A stretch of 64,000 nt of DNA. Source: Octopus vulgaris (Eukaryota). Under the pieces are notes generated by a model, which saw nothing but the letters and a program-made list of their open reading frames with translations, searched no databases and had not been told where the DNA came from. The position numbers and the translations under genes were made by a program. This document shows, one piece after another, positions 1-12,120 of this stretch; the first letter of the stretch is position 1; every line of letters starts with the position of its first letter. The DNA is taken from contig OX597839.1 in the NCBI GenBank assembly GCA_951406725.2, forward strand, positions 17,298,001-17,362,000. Reading direction: 5' to 3'.

Positions 1-599
1 TTTGTTTATGCATCAAAACCCTAAGTGTGTGTCCTTGTGCTTAGCCAACAAAACTCCATATAATCACCTCAATGCCCCACCCCATCAATTCTCATTTTTT
101 ATAAATAGGGTTTTTGATGACATCACTTCAAAGTCAAAATTCCCTTAGTTTTCCAAGAGCCTTCTCTAATGTTGCTATTATGATTTATCATCTAAACTAA
201 CTAATTAATTAAAAGAACCGTATAACCAAGTTAAACTAACTTATTGACTGAAGAATGCAAGTGTTTCCAAGAATTTTTCGCTACTATGGTTTTATTGTCT
301 TTATATATCGTGTAATGTTTGAAAATACATGCATCATTTAGCCTGAAGAAAGAAACATTATACGTATGGGGAATTGGACGTTTGGAAGTTAAGTTCTTTC
401 ATTTGTCTCAACTTCAGTATCACTAGGTTTCATGGGGATTGTAGTAATGTGTTTTAGAGTAATTAAAATTGGTGATAAAATTAATTAGGCGCTGGAACAT
501 CTCTTCTGTTATTCTCTTCATCATCATTAGGAAGCTGTTCTATTTTCTATTATAATTGGTCTCAAATATTGATGTGGATTTGTTTATTTGCTTACAAGA

Positions 600-775
600 T
601 GTATTCACGGTTGTATGCTTAGGAAGAAGTTCACTTCACAAACATATGGTTTTGTGTTCAGTTCCACTTTATAGCACTTTGGGCAAGTGTCTTTTACTAT
701 AGCTGTGGATTAACCAATACCTCATGAGTGAAATATGGTGGATGAAGACTGCAAGAATGCTTATTCTGTGTGTGT
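600..775 (+). mobile_element. Degenerate SINE family A, 5' half (tRNA-like head)
   Basis: Matches the young copy at 16279-16730 (GTTCAGTTCCACT...TTGGGCAAGTGTCTTTTACTATAGC) and ends in (TG)n. Confidence 0.7.
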
Positions 776-779
776 GTAT

Positions 780-2110
780 ACTAGCAGACATACCTGTCGT
801 TGCTCAGGATTTAAATGGCATAGTTTGTATATATATATAGTACAGTTAAGTTGAAACATGATATGGGGAAGTGCAGCATTGATGACAATTTGTGGAGAAA
901 ATGAAGGGCTAATTCAACTAAGTAACATGTTATGCATCTGTTTGGGAGATTCCAGACCCAAATCTTGTCATGGAAAAGTTGTGGGGGTGGCATGTGATTT
1001 TTGAATGCACCAAAAAGTCTCCTTTGTGGTTGTTGCCACTGCAGCTACCACACTGAACAATCAGCAGTCATATGTGTTAAATTAAGCCTGTGGGCGTGCT
1101 CAATCTCACCACATGAGAGAAATCCATATGAACGAAATGACATAAGGGGGAGGACTGGCAAAGAAGCACTTGAAAACAAAACTGTCAAGTGATATCTTGG
1201 TTTGGAATCAATAGTCGTGGCTCAACCATGCACTCCTTCATGTAAACAGTGTGCGACCATTGTGAAGACAACTCAGCTCCCAAACGTAAACAATTCTGCA
1301 TACAGTGTTGGGGTATGCTAGGTCACATTATGGACATAGTCTTTAACAAACGTGGATGGGTCACATGATGTTGGGTTGCTGACATGGTTGGGAATCAACA
1401 GTCATGGCTCAACTGGGCACTCCTTCATGTAAACAGGGTATGACCATTGTGAAGACAATTCAGCTCTCAAACGAAAACAATTTTGCATGCAGCATCTGGT
1501 CATGCAAGGCCACATTAAGGACACAGTCTCTAACTAACATGGTTGGGTCTTAGACACCATAAATTAGTAGGTCAATGTACATGCGATATTTTGGTTAGTA
1601 ATCAATAGCTGAAGAATATTTGTATGGGCTTCATCTATGCTTAGAAAAAAGACTTTGGTACTGAAGCTAAAAGAGTATAGTTGAATTGTTGCTCAGGATT
1701 TAACATATTTTAGCATATTTTTCATAATAAGCATAGTGCATTCCAAATGGGTTTTTCTTCCAACAAATTGCTACCTATAGTACTATGGGAACAAGCTATT
1801 ATTGCTACCACTTATACAACCTAGTTTAAAGTCTACATTGGCACATCCATTTAATACAACCTACTTATATTACTTCAGTAGCTGTTTTTTCCACTTTGAA
1901 CAGAAGCAATGCATGGACAATGTGGACAATCATGGCCTAAGAAATGGAGTTTTCTGTCCCCAGGGGCCCCAATACTCATTATATGAAAAATTTTAAGAGT
2001 CTAAAACCATCTCTGGATCTTAAGTAATGTATGTTCCCAGATTGGAGAAAATCAGTTGCGAACTTCAGAAGTTGCAGACTTACACACACACATCCTCAGT
2101 TTTAGTATAG
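780..2110 (+). mobile_element. Helitron/Helentron-like non-autonomous element with decayed helicase-like remnants
   Basis: The 5' end ACTAGCAGACATACCTGTCGTTGCTCAGGAT and 3' end ACACACACATCCTCAGTTTTAGTATAG resemble rolling-circle element ends. Around 940-1070, broken frames read GDSRP...TKKSPLW, reminiscent of the Pif1 GDFRQ...KSSxLW region. Confidence 0.45.
1204..1549. repeat. Diverged direct repeat, two 159-bp units (1204-1362, 1391-1549)
   Basis: Both units read GGAATCAA.AGTC.TGGCTCAAC...GCACTCCTTCATGTAAACAG...GACCATTGTGAAGACAA.TCAGCTC...GGGTC. Confidence 0.9.
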
Positions 2111-2677
2111 TGTTTAAGATGCGAATGAATTACATATAAAGATAGCAATAATGGAAGAGGACTCAGCATCTGTAGCAGTGCATCTTGCTGTTAATCACGC
2201 TATCCCAAAGTGTGTGTGCCTTTAACCAGGGACCTCATGGGAACTTGTATCCCTACTGAAACTTTGAGCATGAACTCTACATTTCAACAGTGAACAATGA
2301 TTATAGCTATCTGACACCCTTGCTCTTACAATAGGGAGTGGGGTATTTGTCTGTTGGATGTAGTCAGAATTCTTGAGGTACATGGTGAACTTGTTGGTTG
2401 GACTTGGCTCAACCCATCCTGGGTGAATACAACTGTAAGTTCATGTAAAGTAAGTACTCATCAGTGGAAAGAATTGGGCTAAAATTGAGGACAATTTACT
2501 GCAGTATTGAGAAACTTGTGTGTTAAAAAATCTGTGAATGAATATTTCATTTCAGAAAAAAAAAATTTACATTTGTTCTTGTCTCTATTTTCTTGTTTTA
2601 TTCAGAGTTAAAAAATAATATTTACTGGATTGATTTCTGCCTATTAATATAGCATCTTTCCCTAAATAGGTTGCATT

Positions 2678-2952
2678 TCATCATTTAACATCCACTTTCC
2701 ATGCTAGCATGGGCTGGACGGTTCAACTGGGGTCTGGGAAGCCAGGGGGCTGCACCAGACCCAGTCTGATCAGGCAGTGTTTCTACAGCTGGATGCCCTT
2801 CCTAACACCAACCACTCTGTGAGTGTAATGGGTGCTTTTTACATGCCACTGACACGGTGCCAGGCGAGGCTGGCAATGACCACGATTGGTTTGTGCTTTT
2901 TACGTGCCACCAGCATGGAGGCCAGTCGGGGCGGCGTTGGCAACAGCCATGA
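2678..2952 (-). mobile_element. RTE-type 3' UTR / RTE-tailed SINE (family E) with two minisatellite units
   Basis: Colinear with 40460-40860 (CTGGATGCCCTTCCTA...GTGCTTTTTACGTGCCACC). Confidence 0.75.
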
Positions 2953-2970
2953 TGTCTGTGTGTGTGTGAT

Positions 2971-3812
2971 TGTTATTGCACTGGGCAAAATGTTAAGTGG
3001 CATTTCTTCCAACACTTCATGTTCTGAGTTCAGATACTGTTGAGACTTTGACTTTCATCTTTTAGTGGGTGAATGAAACAAGTACCAGTCAAGCACTGGA
3101 GGCAGTGTAATTTCCAGCACCCTCCAACAAAAGTTCAGGCCTTGTACCTATAGTAGAAAGATTATTATTATTATTATTATTATTCAGGTAGCTATCTGGC
3201 AGAATGGTTAAGAAACCAGACAAAATGTTTAGCAGTATTTCATCTGTCCTTGTTTTCTGAGTTCAAATTCTGATGAGGTTGACTTTACTGCTCATCTTTT
3301 CAGAGTTGATAAAATATATACTTGTTGATTACTGGAGTTGATGTAATCAACGTAACTCTCCTTCCAAAATTTCTGGCCTTGTGCCAAAATTTGAAAACAT
3401 TATTTTCATTATTTTTGTTCTGAAGGTAACAAGTTGGCAGAACCAGTAGCACATTAGACAAAATGCATTTCATCTGTTTTTGTTCAGAGTTCAAATTCCA
3501 ATGAGGTTGATTTTGCTTTTCATCATTTTGGGGTTGATAAGATAAGTACCAGTCAAGTCCTGAGGTCAATGTGATCAACATGTCTCTTCCCTCAAAAACT
3601 GTTGGTTCTGTATCAAAATTTGAAACTGTTATTATTGTTATTATTATCATTATTATTATTGCTGTTATTATTTCATCAGGGCCGACTTTACCTTCCATTC
3701 TTTTGGGGTCGATTAAAAAAAGTACCAGTTGAGCACTGGGATCAATCTAATCGACTTACTCCCCACCCCCAAACTTACTGGCCTTGTGCCAAAATTTATT
3801 ATTGTTGTTATT
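2971..3812 (+). mobile_element. Head-to-tail array of four SINE family B copies separated by (ATT)n
   Basis: The block GAGTTCAAATTC...GAGGTTGACTTT...TCATC.TTT.GGGGT.GATAA...AGTACCAGT...GGCCTTGTGCC recurs at about 2971-3160, 3186-3400, 3423-3630 and 3677-3800. Confidence 0.8.
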
Positions 3813-3816
3813 ATTG

Positions 3817-4450
3817 CCTGGTTGTCTTGCTTTTCCCCTGTTCAAGACTGACCAAACTGGAGCACATGCTTTTTCACTTTCTGTGGAAGGGGCGCATTCC
3901 CCTTGCTAGGCACTCCATTTGCTGTCAACACTCACTGAATGGAGAGCTGGGCATGCCATAGCTGCTGATGCACAGATGCTGCAATATCTCAAGTGCTTCC
4001 TTGACAATGAGCAGGTGTGATCCAGTGCCCAAGCATTGCTAACTTATGGGTTTGTGTCGAACTGCTACACGAAAGAAAGTGAGGGTAGAGAAAAACGAAA
4101 GAGAGGGTAGAGTGGGAACTGCTGCCTTTCAGCAATTTTGTTAAAAAGTGAGTGAATGTAGTTCAAATGGCCCAAGTGAATAGGCCTACTCTAAGCATGT
4201 GCCTCTAGATCGAGGATTGATGAAGTGGAGAGGGCACTTGTCCTTGAGGTTTGGGTGATTGTGGTTTTTGTAGGGTTTACACAAGCAACCCTTGGAAGCC
4301 TCTCTCTTTTGAGAATTTATTTATTATAATATTTTCATTGTCATTACATTTTTATACTATTAAATCCCACTCTTTTTGTGTTGTGTTGTGTTGCCTTGTG
4401 CTGTCCCCCAATATTTTATATCAACCCTCAGTGGTGAATAAAGAAAAGAT
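3817..4450 (+). mobile_element. 5'-truncated Tx1/L1-like LINE, ORF2 C-terminal remnant and 3' UTR
   Basis: Translation PCSRLTKLEHMLFHFLWKGRIPLARHSICCQHSLNGELGMP matches the post-RT FLWxG...GGLG motif of L1/Tx1 ORF2. It ends in AATAAA followed by (ATT)n. Confidence 0.7.
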
Positions 4451-4475
4451 TATTATTATCATTGTTATTATTATT

Positions 4476-4682
4476 AAGGTAGTGAGTTGGCAAGTTCATT
4501 AGCATGCCTGGCAAAATGCTTAGCAGCATTTCATCTATTCTTACAGTCTGAATTCAAATTCCACTGAGGTTGACTTTGCCTCTCATTCTTTTGGGGTTGA
4601 TGAAATTAATACCAGTTGAGCACTGAGGCCAATGTAATTAACTTGCCTTCACCCCCAAATTTCAGGCCTTGTGCCTGAAATA
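4476..4682 (+). mobile_element. SINE family B, full-length copy
   Basis: Same head, central block and GGCCTTGTGCC tail as the 2971-3812 copies, preceded by (ATT)n. Confidence 0.8.
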
Positions 4683-5147
4683 ATATCTCCTAATAATAGG
4701 AAATATTATTCTTCTTCTTATTATTATTATTATTATCATCATCATCATCATGTTTTTATTTGCAGAATTCTATAATTGAATGTCTTTTTAGCTGCACATT
4801 GTCCTTCCTCACCAGCACAAACACTCCTTTTTTCCAATCTTTTTTACTTAATTGATATTTTTTTATAAGGCCCAGGTTAAGTGACTTTTTATTAAATTTA
4901 TTAAAAATTCTCAAAAAAGTTTAAGTAAATAAACAAAATTTTCTAAATTGGGAGAGAATTTGCCCTCTTGCATATTTTATGAAGCTGCAATTTTTATATA
5001 ACTAATTAGTCTAAATCCAATCACGTTTTTATATATTTATTTATTTAGTTAATAACCGTTTACCCTCACCGAAGCTTCATATTATAATTATCTCTCTCTC
5101 CCTCTCTCTCTCTATATATATATATATTATATATTTCATTTTTACTA

Positions 5148-5189
<42 letters not shown>

Positions 5190-6479
5190 TGTATATGTGT
5201 GTCTGTATAGGAGTGTGTGTGTATATATATATATCACTTTGGCAAGTTTCCTATCTTTCTATTCAAAAGGAGTTATTAATATAAAATAAATGACCTTAAC
5301 AACTTTTTTTGCATTTTAAAATTTTTTTAAGCTAATTTATTTTATTTTTTGTCTATGTTTAATTATAATTTTTTATTTTTAGTTTTAACTTTGTTTTGTA
5401 TATTTTTTTGTACAAGATCAAAGCAGTAGACAGAGAAGAGGATCTTGGAAAGCAATTATGATAAGAAAACTCACTTATTATGGTTTACTTAAAATTACCA
5501 TAAATTTTTAATTGTGTCAGAAGGCAATTAGACATTAAATTGTATGGGAAATTAAAGATTTTATTACTAATTCATATAGAGGTCAGCCACTTCAAAAAAA
5601 ACTGTTTCAAACAAAGCTTGTACATCATTTCATTATTTTCTTTTTGTTTTAGTTTAGTCTCTTTATTGGGGGTATTTATTTAGTTATTCATATGGTGAAG
5701 TCTGACACTATCTGTGTGTGTGTGTGTGTGTCCCTCTCTCTGCTTTACAAGCATTAATATACACACACACATATACATACATCTGCACACAAGAACATAT
5801 TTGCCCATGCAAACACACACACACACACAAGTAAATATAGGAAACTACCTATGTTATTATATGATTACATGCACTACCAAAGACATTTGTGCTGAAGGTC
5901 AGGCTCCCATGGGTGAATTTAAATATACATTTCAATACTGCATTACCATGTATTGAGTACTTCCTTGGATAGTAATCCTTCTATCCTTCAACCAATAAAG
6001 TTTACTTATATATATATATCTGTTGTATATTGAATACTTTCTGTTTAACAAAAGAAAAGGTATTCTAGTTTCCACCAACGACTTCTCTCTCCCACTCAAT
6101 CAAACGCTCTCTCTCTTTCTCTCTCTGTTTAAATATAGATATTCTCAAAATAACGTGATTATAATACCATACTAAATCCTGGTGCCTTCAACTTATGTAC
6201 CATATTCATCTGAATCTAAATTTTTACTGAACTTATACTTATATATTTATATTTATATATCTTTATATATTTATATATCTTTATATATATATATATATAT
6301 ATATTTCTGTGAGAGTTGGCGGTTGGGAAGCCAACCAACTAAGGGATAGTACCTAACCAATATACTGCTGGTAGTGTGCCCAATTATTAATACCCAAGTA
6401 CTGGTTATTAGATGGCAATTTCACAGTCGAGTGTCATATATGGGCAGGGGTAAAAAGTGATTTACCCTTAATTTATACA

Positions 6480-7290
6480 GCAAAAAGAAAATGGAGGGGA
6501 TACAAAAATGACATACATCAGCCAGTAGACATTCTATTATGTCTATTTATTCCAAAACAAAACGGGGTATTATAGGAATAGATGCACATGCAAAGACTGT
6601 GTGCTACACTAATATATACAAGTAACAGAATAAGAGTTATACATAAAAGAGTAAAAGATTAAGAGATCAGTTCCTTACAGCTGTTTCTGCCAAGAGGCCA
6701 CAATATCCTCCATACTAGTTCCATCTCTTCAGTGTTCTCTGGGTAAATAGAGTTTGGATGTTGAGTGTGCCTCTAGGCTTCATCAGAGGGTTTAAATGGT
6801 TAGGAGGGCTGATGCATACAAGAGTCAGTTACTAATAGGTACAGTATATTTTTCTTATTAAAGAGGACATAAGAATAGGAGCAAGACTTAGAGTGTGAGA
6901 GGAGTAAAATTTAGTAAAATGGATTACATATAGGAAAGGGAAGTAAGTCATAGACTTCAAGTGTTGCCTTCCAAAATTCATGTTATTTTGTCAAGTGGTG
7001 GAAAGGTAGGTATAGTCATCCTAAGGATGAATTTTTTAGGAAGGGTAAATTTAGGCAGTGGTTCTTATTTTGTTTACTTATAAATACATGTTATGTTTGT
7101 GTTTACAGTGGTGGGTTTGAAAGTATGGTCCCTGTTTCAGAGGTGGAAGTTTATATGTAGGATGCCAGTTGGTACTAAAGAGAGTATGGCACCAGGTGGT
7201 GACAAAAGTACGATGTTCATGTTTGCTATTTTTGCGAGCAACAAGTCCCTGAATCCTTGTGTGCAATGGGATGGTGGTTATGGTTAGTCC
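6480..7290 (-). mobile_element. Penelope-like element 3' remnant carrying a hammerhead core
   Basis: On the minus strand, decayed coding-like sequence (PPLxRD-like at about 7150-7128) is followed by a hammerhead motif and then AATAAA near 6552-6547. Confidence 0.5.
6673..6789 (-). ncRNA. Type I hammerhead ribozyme-like motif with long stem II
   Basis: Minus strand: CCT-CTGATGA-AGCCTAGAGGC...GCCTCTTGGCA-GAAA-CAGCTG-TA/AGG. Stem III is the palindrome ACAGCTGT, the triplet is GUA and stem I is 3 bp. Confidence 0.65.
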
Positions 7291-8299
7291 TGCAACCTAA
7301 TTGGTCAGCTAGAAAATAGCTGCCCACCCCCCCATCATTTGACAATCGATGTTGGTGTGACTACGTCCCTGCAACTTAGCAGTTTGGCAAAAGAAACCAA
7401 TAGAATAAGTACTAGGCTTACAAAGAATAAGTCCTGGGGTCAATTTGTTAAGCACTAGGATTAATATAAATGACTTTTCCTCCTGTCAAAATTGCTGGCC
7501 TTGTACCAAATTTAGAAAGGATTAGAAGGGATTTTATAGTGTAGTAATCTAATCTTGCAAAAGCTCTATTTAAAAACGCAAACAAATAATATTTTTTAAA
7601 ATGACTGTATTATTAAGTCTGGAATGCCTTTGATCTCTAAGTAAAGACCTAATTGTTCAAGATTGACCTGGGGCTAAAAAACAATAACAACATATTAAAA
7701 GCATATTATCTCATGTTTAGGAAAATAAATAAAATATTAACAAATCCTCACAGAAAAACATATTATACCACTCCATCTTTTCCATTTTTTTTTAATCATC
7801 AAAGCTTTGCGTCAGACTGTTGGCAGTGTATTCCATGTGGTAGAACCATACTCTGCCACATAGCTTTTCCCATGTTCATTGCTAATTGGTTCTCGTTAAG
7901 GATTAGAAGAGTGTCATATACAATTAATAGGTCTCCCACCTTTTCTTTTTCTTTTTGTTTTCTGATATATGCTGCTAACTAAAAACTACAAAGTATTTTC
8001 TTCTGAATACTATGAAAAAAGAAATGTGTATACAAAAATCTTTAAAGACAGAATGGTGGTAATTTTGTTCTCTATGGAAAAATGAGATTTAACAATGTAA
8101 ATATTGTTTTTAATGTTTTTTAATGTGTTCCTGCTTCTGTTTTGAGTGTGTGCAGCTTATGTATTTCTGTATATGTATGTGTCTACCTATTTTTTGTCTG
8201 TGTGTGCGCGCATGCACACAGAGACAAATATTTATTACATGGCATGATTATTAATAATTAGCAATTGTTATTATATGTGTACATCATGAATAATAATAT

Positions 8300-8338
<39 letters not shown>

Positions 8339-8689
8339 CTTATATATATGATGGAGTTTTGTGTTTTTTTATGTGACTAAGGGTCTTTGTATGCTTCTTT
8401 GTGTGTGTGTGTATTTGTGACAGTTGGATGTTAATGTTTCTGTGCCTGACTATATGTACGTTATGTGGCTGTTTATAAGGGTGGATGGTTGTTTTTATGT
8501 TATTGCATTTGTATGTGTGTGGTTGTATATGACACCTCATCACCTCTATTCATCTTTTTCCTGTTCTTCTCTGGTTACTCTTGTTCTCTCATCTATGATA
8601 TAAGTTGCCATGTAGCTTGTCTACAGCAAGAAAACTGTTCTGTTCCGGCCCCTTCCCTCATACTTTTACATGATAGGAAATCCTAGTCT

Positions 8690-8916
8690 TGTAAACTCCA
8701 TGGTGTCCTCACAAGTGTTGGTGTCATGAAAAAGCACCCAGTAACACCCTGTGAAATGGTTAACATTAGGAAGAGTATCCAGCCACAGAAACTGTGCTGA
8801 AGCAGATGCTAGAGCATTATGCAATTCTTGGACCCATTTGATCCCATCAAAAAAATCTAACCATTTCAACCCATGCCAGCCTGGAATATGGGTGATAAAT
8901 GATAATTGATGATGAT
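8690..8916 (+). mobile_element. Degenerate RTE-tailed SINE (family E)
   Basis: AAAAGCACCCAGTA...CATTAGGAAGAGTATCCAGCC...CCCATGCCAGC, ending in (GAT)n. Confidence 0.6.
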
Positions 8917-9647
8917 GTACTGTTGAGAGCTCCAGTTGTTTTACTGAAAAGCAACCCAGCAGACTAAAAAGATATTGATTGTAAAAGTGTCAAGGAAAGA
9001 AATATAACAATTTTATGAAATCACAAAATACCTTTATTGATTGTCTATATTGATTATCTGTGTAGATTATACCAAATGGTGAAACAAAGTGGAAACCAAT
9101 GAAGAAACCTCAGTGTGGTCACTAAACTTGATAGAAATAGCAACCAAATCTCCCTTCAGATCATATGTTATGAATATCATCATCATTGTCGATTTTTTAA
9201 TGTCCACTTTTCCTTGCTTTCATGGCTTAGAATTTATTGCGGCAGATTTTCTATGGTTGGATACCTTTTCTGCCACTAAACCTCACCTGTTTCCAAATAA
9301 GGTAATATTTCCCTATGGGTAGGGATGTTTATGCAGAATATTAGAAATGAATGGCATTCACTTACAACTGTCACATGATGTTAAGACACACACTTACACA
9401 CACATAATGGGCTTCTTTCAGTTTCTGTCGACCAAATCCACTCACAAGGCTTTGGTTGACCCAAAGCTATAGTGGAAGACACTTTCCCAAATAACTGAAC
9501 CTGAATTCATGTGGTTGGGAAGCAAACTTCTTAACCACACAGTTACACCTGCACCTAACCACAGCTGCACCTTAACATCTTAGAAAATGTAATCTGGACC
9601 ACAATATGTCTAGAAAACATAAATGATGGATTGATGTTTATTCCAGT

Positions 9648-9827
9648 TCTATATTTAAGAGATGAGGAATTATGGATATCATTTACATTTGATGGATATT
9701 TGTCCTCATCTTGTTTGTTGTTAACACCGTTTTGGCTGATATACCGACCAGCCTTCATCAGGTGTCTTGGGAAAATTTCGAACTTGGGTTCTCATTCCTA
9801 AGGTATTTTTCGATGTTATTGTTGTTG

Positions 9828-9875
<48 letters not shown>

Positions 9876-9945
9876 TCACTGCCTGGAATCAAACTCAGAA
9901 TCTTGGGGTTAGTAGCACGCGCTCTTAACCACTATGCCATATGCC
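9648..9945 (-). mobile_element. tRNA-headed SINE (family F) with internal (AAT)n and hammerhead-like tail, 13-bp TSD
   Basis: Minus strand: A box TGGCATAGTGG, B box GTTTGATTCC, (AAT)n, then CTGATGA core. TGTTTATTCCAGT is duplicated at 9635-9647 and 9946-9958. Confidence 0.85.
9723..9766 (-). ncRNA. Degenerate minimal hammerhead ribozyme-like motif
   Basis: GACAC-CTGATGA-A-GGCTG[10 nt]CAGCC-AAAA-CG-GTGTT. Stems I and II pair, but GAAA reads AAAA and the cleavage triplet is missing. Confidence 0.5.
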
Positions 9946-10029
9946 TGTTTATTCCAGTGTTCCACTGTCTGAATTCAAGTCAGGTGTATCTTTCATCCCT
10001 TTTACCATCAACATTTTCAACCCCTGGAC

Positions 10030-10205
10030 ATTTCTGTCTTGGATCTCAGGATTCATAGGGCTAGTTACCTGGTTTCCATGGTGTACAAGTGACCGAGATC
10101 ACAACATGCCCCATGAATGGGATGCCAGTCTGGTGCAGGTTTACTCATTTACAGCTTAGTGGACTGGACCAATGTGAAAGGATGTGTTTTGCTCACAAGA
10201 TGTTA
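10030..10205 (-). mobile_element. SINE family D fragment with tail type 3
   Basis: Reverse complement of the body and tail of 53314-53560 (CCAGTCCACT.AGCTG...TGGAAACC.GG). Confidence 0.6.
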
Positions 10206-12089
10206 CATAGGTTTGGGAAAGTTGAGGCTCGGGTCAAGTTTTCTAGCAACAGAGCCATTAAGGAAACAACAGCACCCTAAATAACTGAAAACAGTCAATA
10301 ATTATTTGACATGAAATGACAGAGTAGCATTTTGTCCTTGACTACACATGCATGCACACACACATGTTTATTCAGGCCAAATGTGGCTGCAGACTCTGGA
10401 AACTCAGAGTAATAGCCCTCTGGAACAGCCTATATTAACAACTGCACTTTAAATTGTATTCAGTATGTCTTCTTGATCATTACTCACTAACAGATATAAG
10501 ACCCATGAGTTAAGCCATTCGGATCGTCTTAAAGAACTGAAAGTAAAGACAGTCCCAAACTAACATAGCAACAGTTTTGTATAACAATCTTTTCTGTGGG
10601 CTTGTCTGTAAATCACTGGCTGGATTAGTCTGATGAAACTAATCCAATGAATAAAGAAAAAAAAACCCAAAAAAATAAATGCTGTTAGCCCCTCTTACTT
10701 TAAAATTAATGCGAGAATCCATTTTATATAATTATATATGTGTACATGTATGTGTGCATATATATTCACACACACACATACACAAATGTGTGTATGTTTA
10801 TCTTTCTTTAATGCCACTTCGAAATAAAGCAGTGTCGTTGTATTTATATTTCATGACCAGGGGCAGTTGTGCACCAGAGACAAACTTAAAAATGAGTATT
10901 TGGATTGATGCGATCAACTAAAATTCTTCTAGGTTGTGCTCCAGTGCTCCAGTATGGCTGCTGCAGTCCAGTGACGGAGAAAGAAGTAAAATTGAACAAT
11001 TATGCAAATGTCTAGATTAGTCAAAGGTTTGGGAGTGGTAATGGGTGCCAACTAACAACCAAAACTGATCTGAAGACCAAGAAATCTAAGTGTCAATTAC
11101 TTGACTAAAACGCAACTAGTTGGGCAAAACCTCTTTTAAGCATGTGTAAGCAAACTTCTTTATGCTTGATACTCAAAGCAGAGTATCAAGTTTCATGTAT
11201 TGATTCCACAAGAGCCATTTAGGGAATACATGAAGCACTGAAGCAATTAATTTACTACTAACTAGATTGCTTAAACAGTATGTTAGCTCTGGCTTGTGCA
11301 AAATCACATTATTTGAATATGTAATTTTGAATACTATACTTTCGTTGAGCTAAATAAAGCTTCACTATAATATCTTATGCACACACACACACACACACAA
11401 TCAACCTCAGATAGATGCATATACACACACAAACACACATAAGCACAATCAACCTCTTACAGACACACGCATATACGTGCATGTGAACACAACCACCCCA
11501 CAGATACATGTACACACATATATATATAATCACCCTTTGATTGAAACACACTCATAAACACATTGACCTCACATACACACTCACACACACACACACAAAT
11601 CTGTTGGTTGTAAAAAGTCAACCAAATCACCTGAATTAAATTCTACAATTTATAGAGAAACATTTCTTTCTTCTCTCTAAAACCAAATAACAGTGAAATG
11701 GGTAACAGGAGAAAGCAGTTAATCACATTTGCATTGCTTTCTTACTGTTGGAGTAAAGGACTTTTTTATATTCCTTTAGAGTGTTTCACTTCTGAGGTTG
11801 ACTTCATGCATATTTGTAAATGAGTGTCTTCATCATGCAGTTAACACCATTCTTTTCCATTCTTCTGTGAAACCTATCTGCTCACAGGGGAATATTGTCT
11901 TGTTTAGAAATATGACCATTTAGTGACAAGAAGGGCAACTAACTGTAGAAAATGTACCTTAATGAATTCTGTCTGATCTATGTAAACATGGAAAAGTGGG
12001 CATTAAAACAATGATATATATATATTGTAAAGTTTAACTCAATCCTATATATGTATGCATGTTTATGAACATATGTATGTATATGTATG

Positions 12090-12119
<30 letters not shown>

Positions 12120-12120
<1 letters not shown>

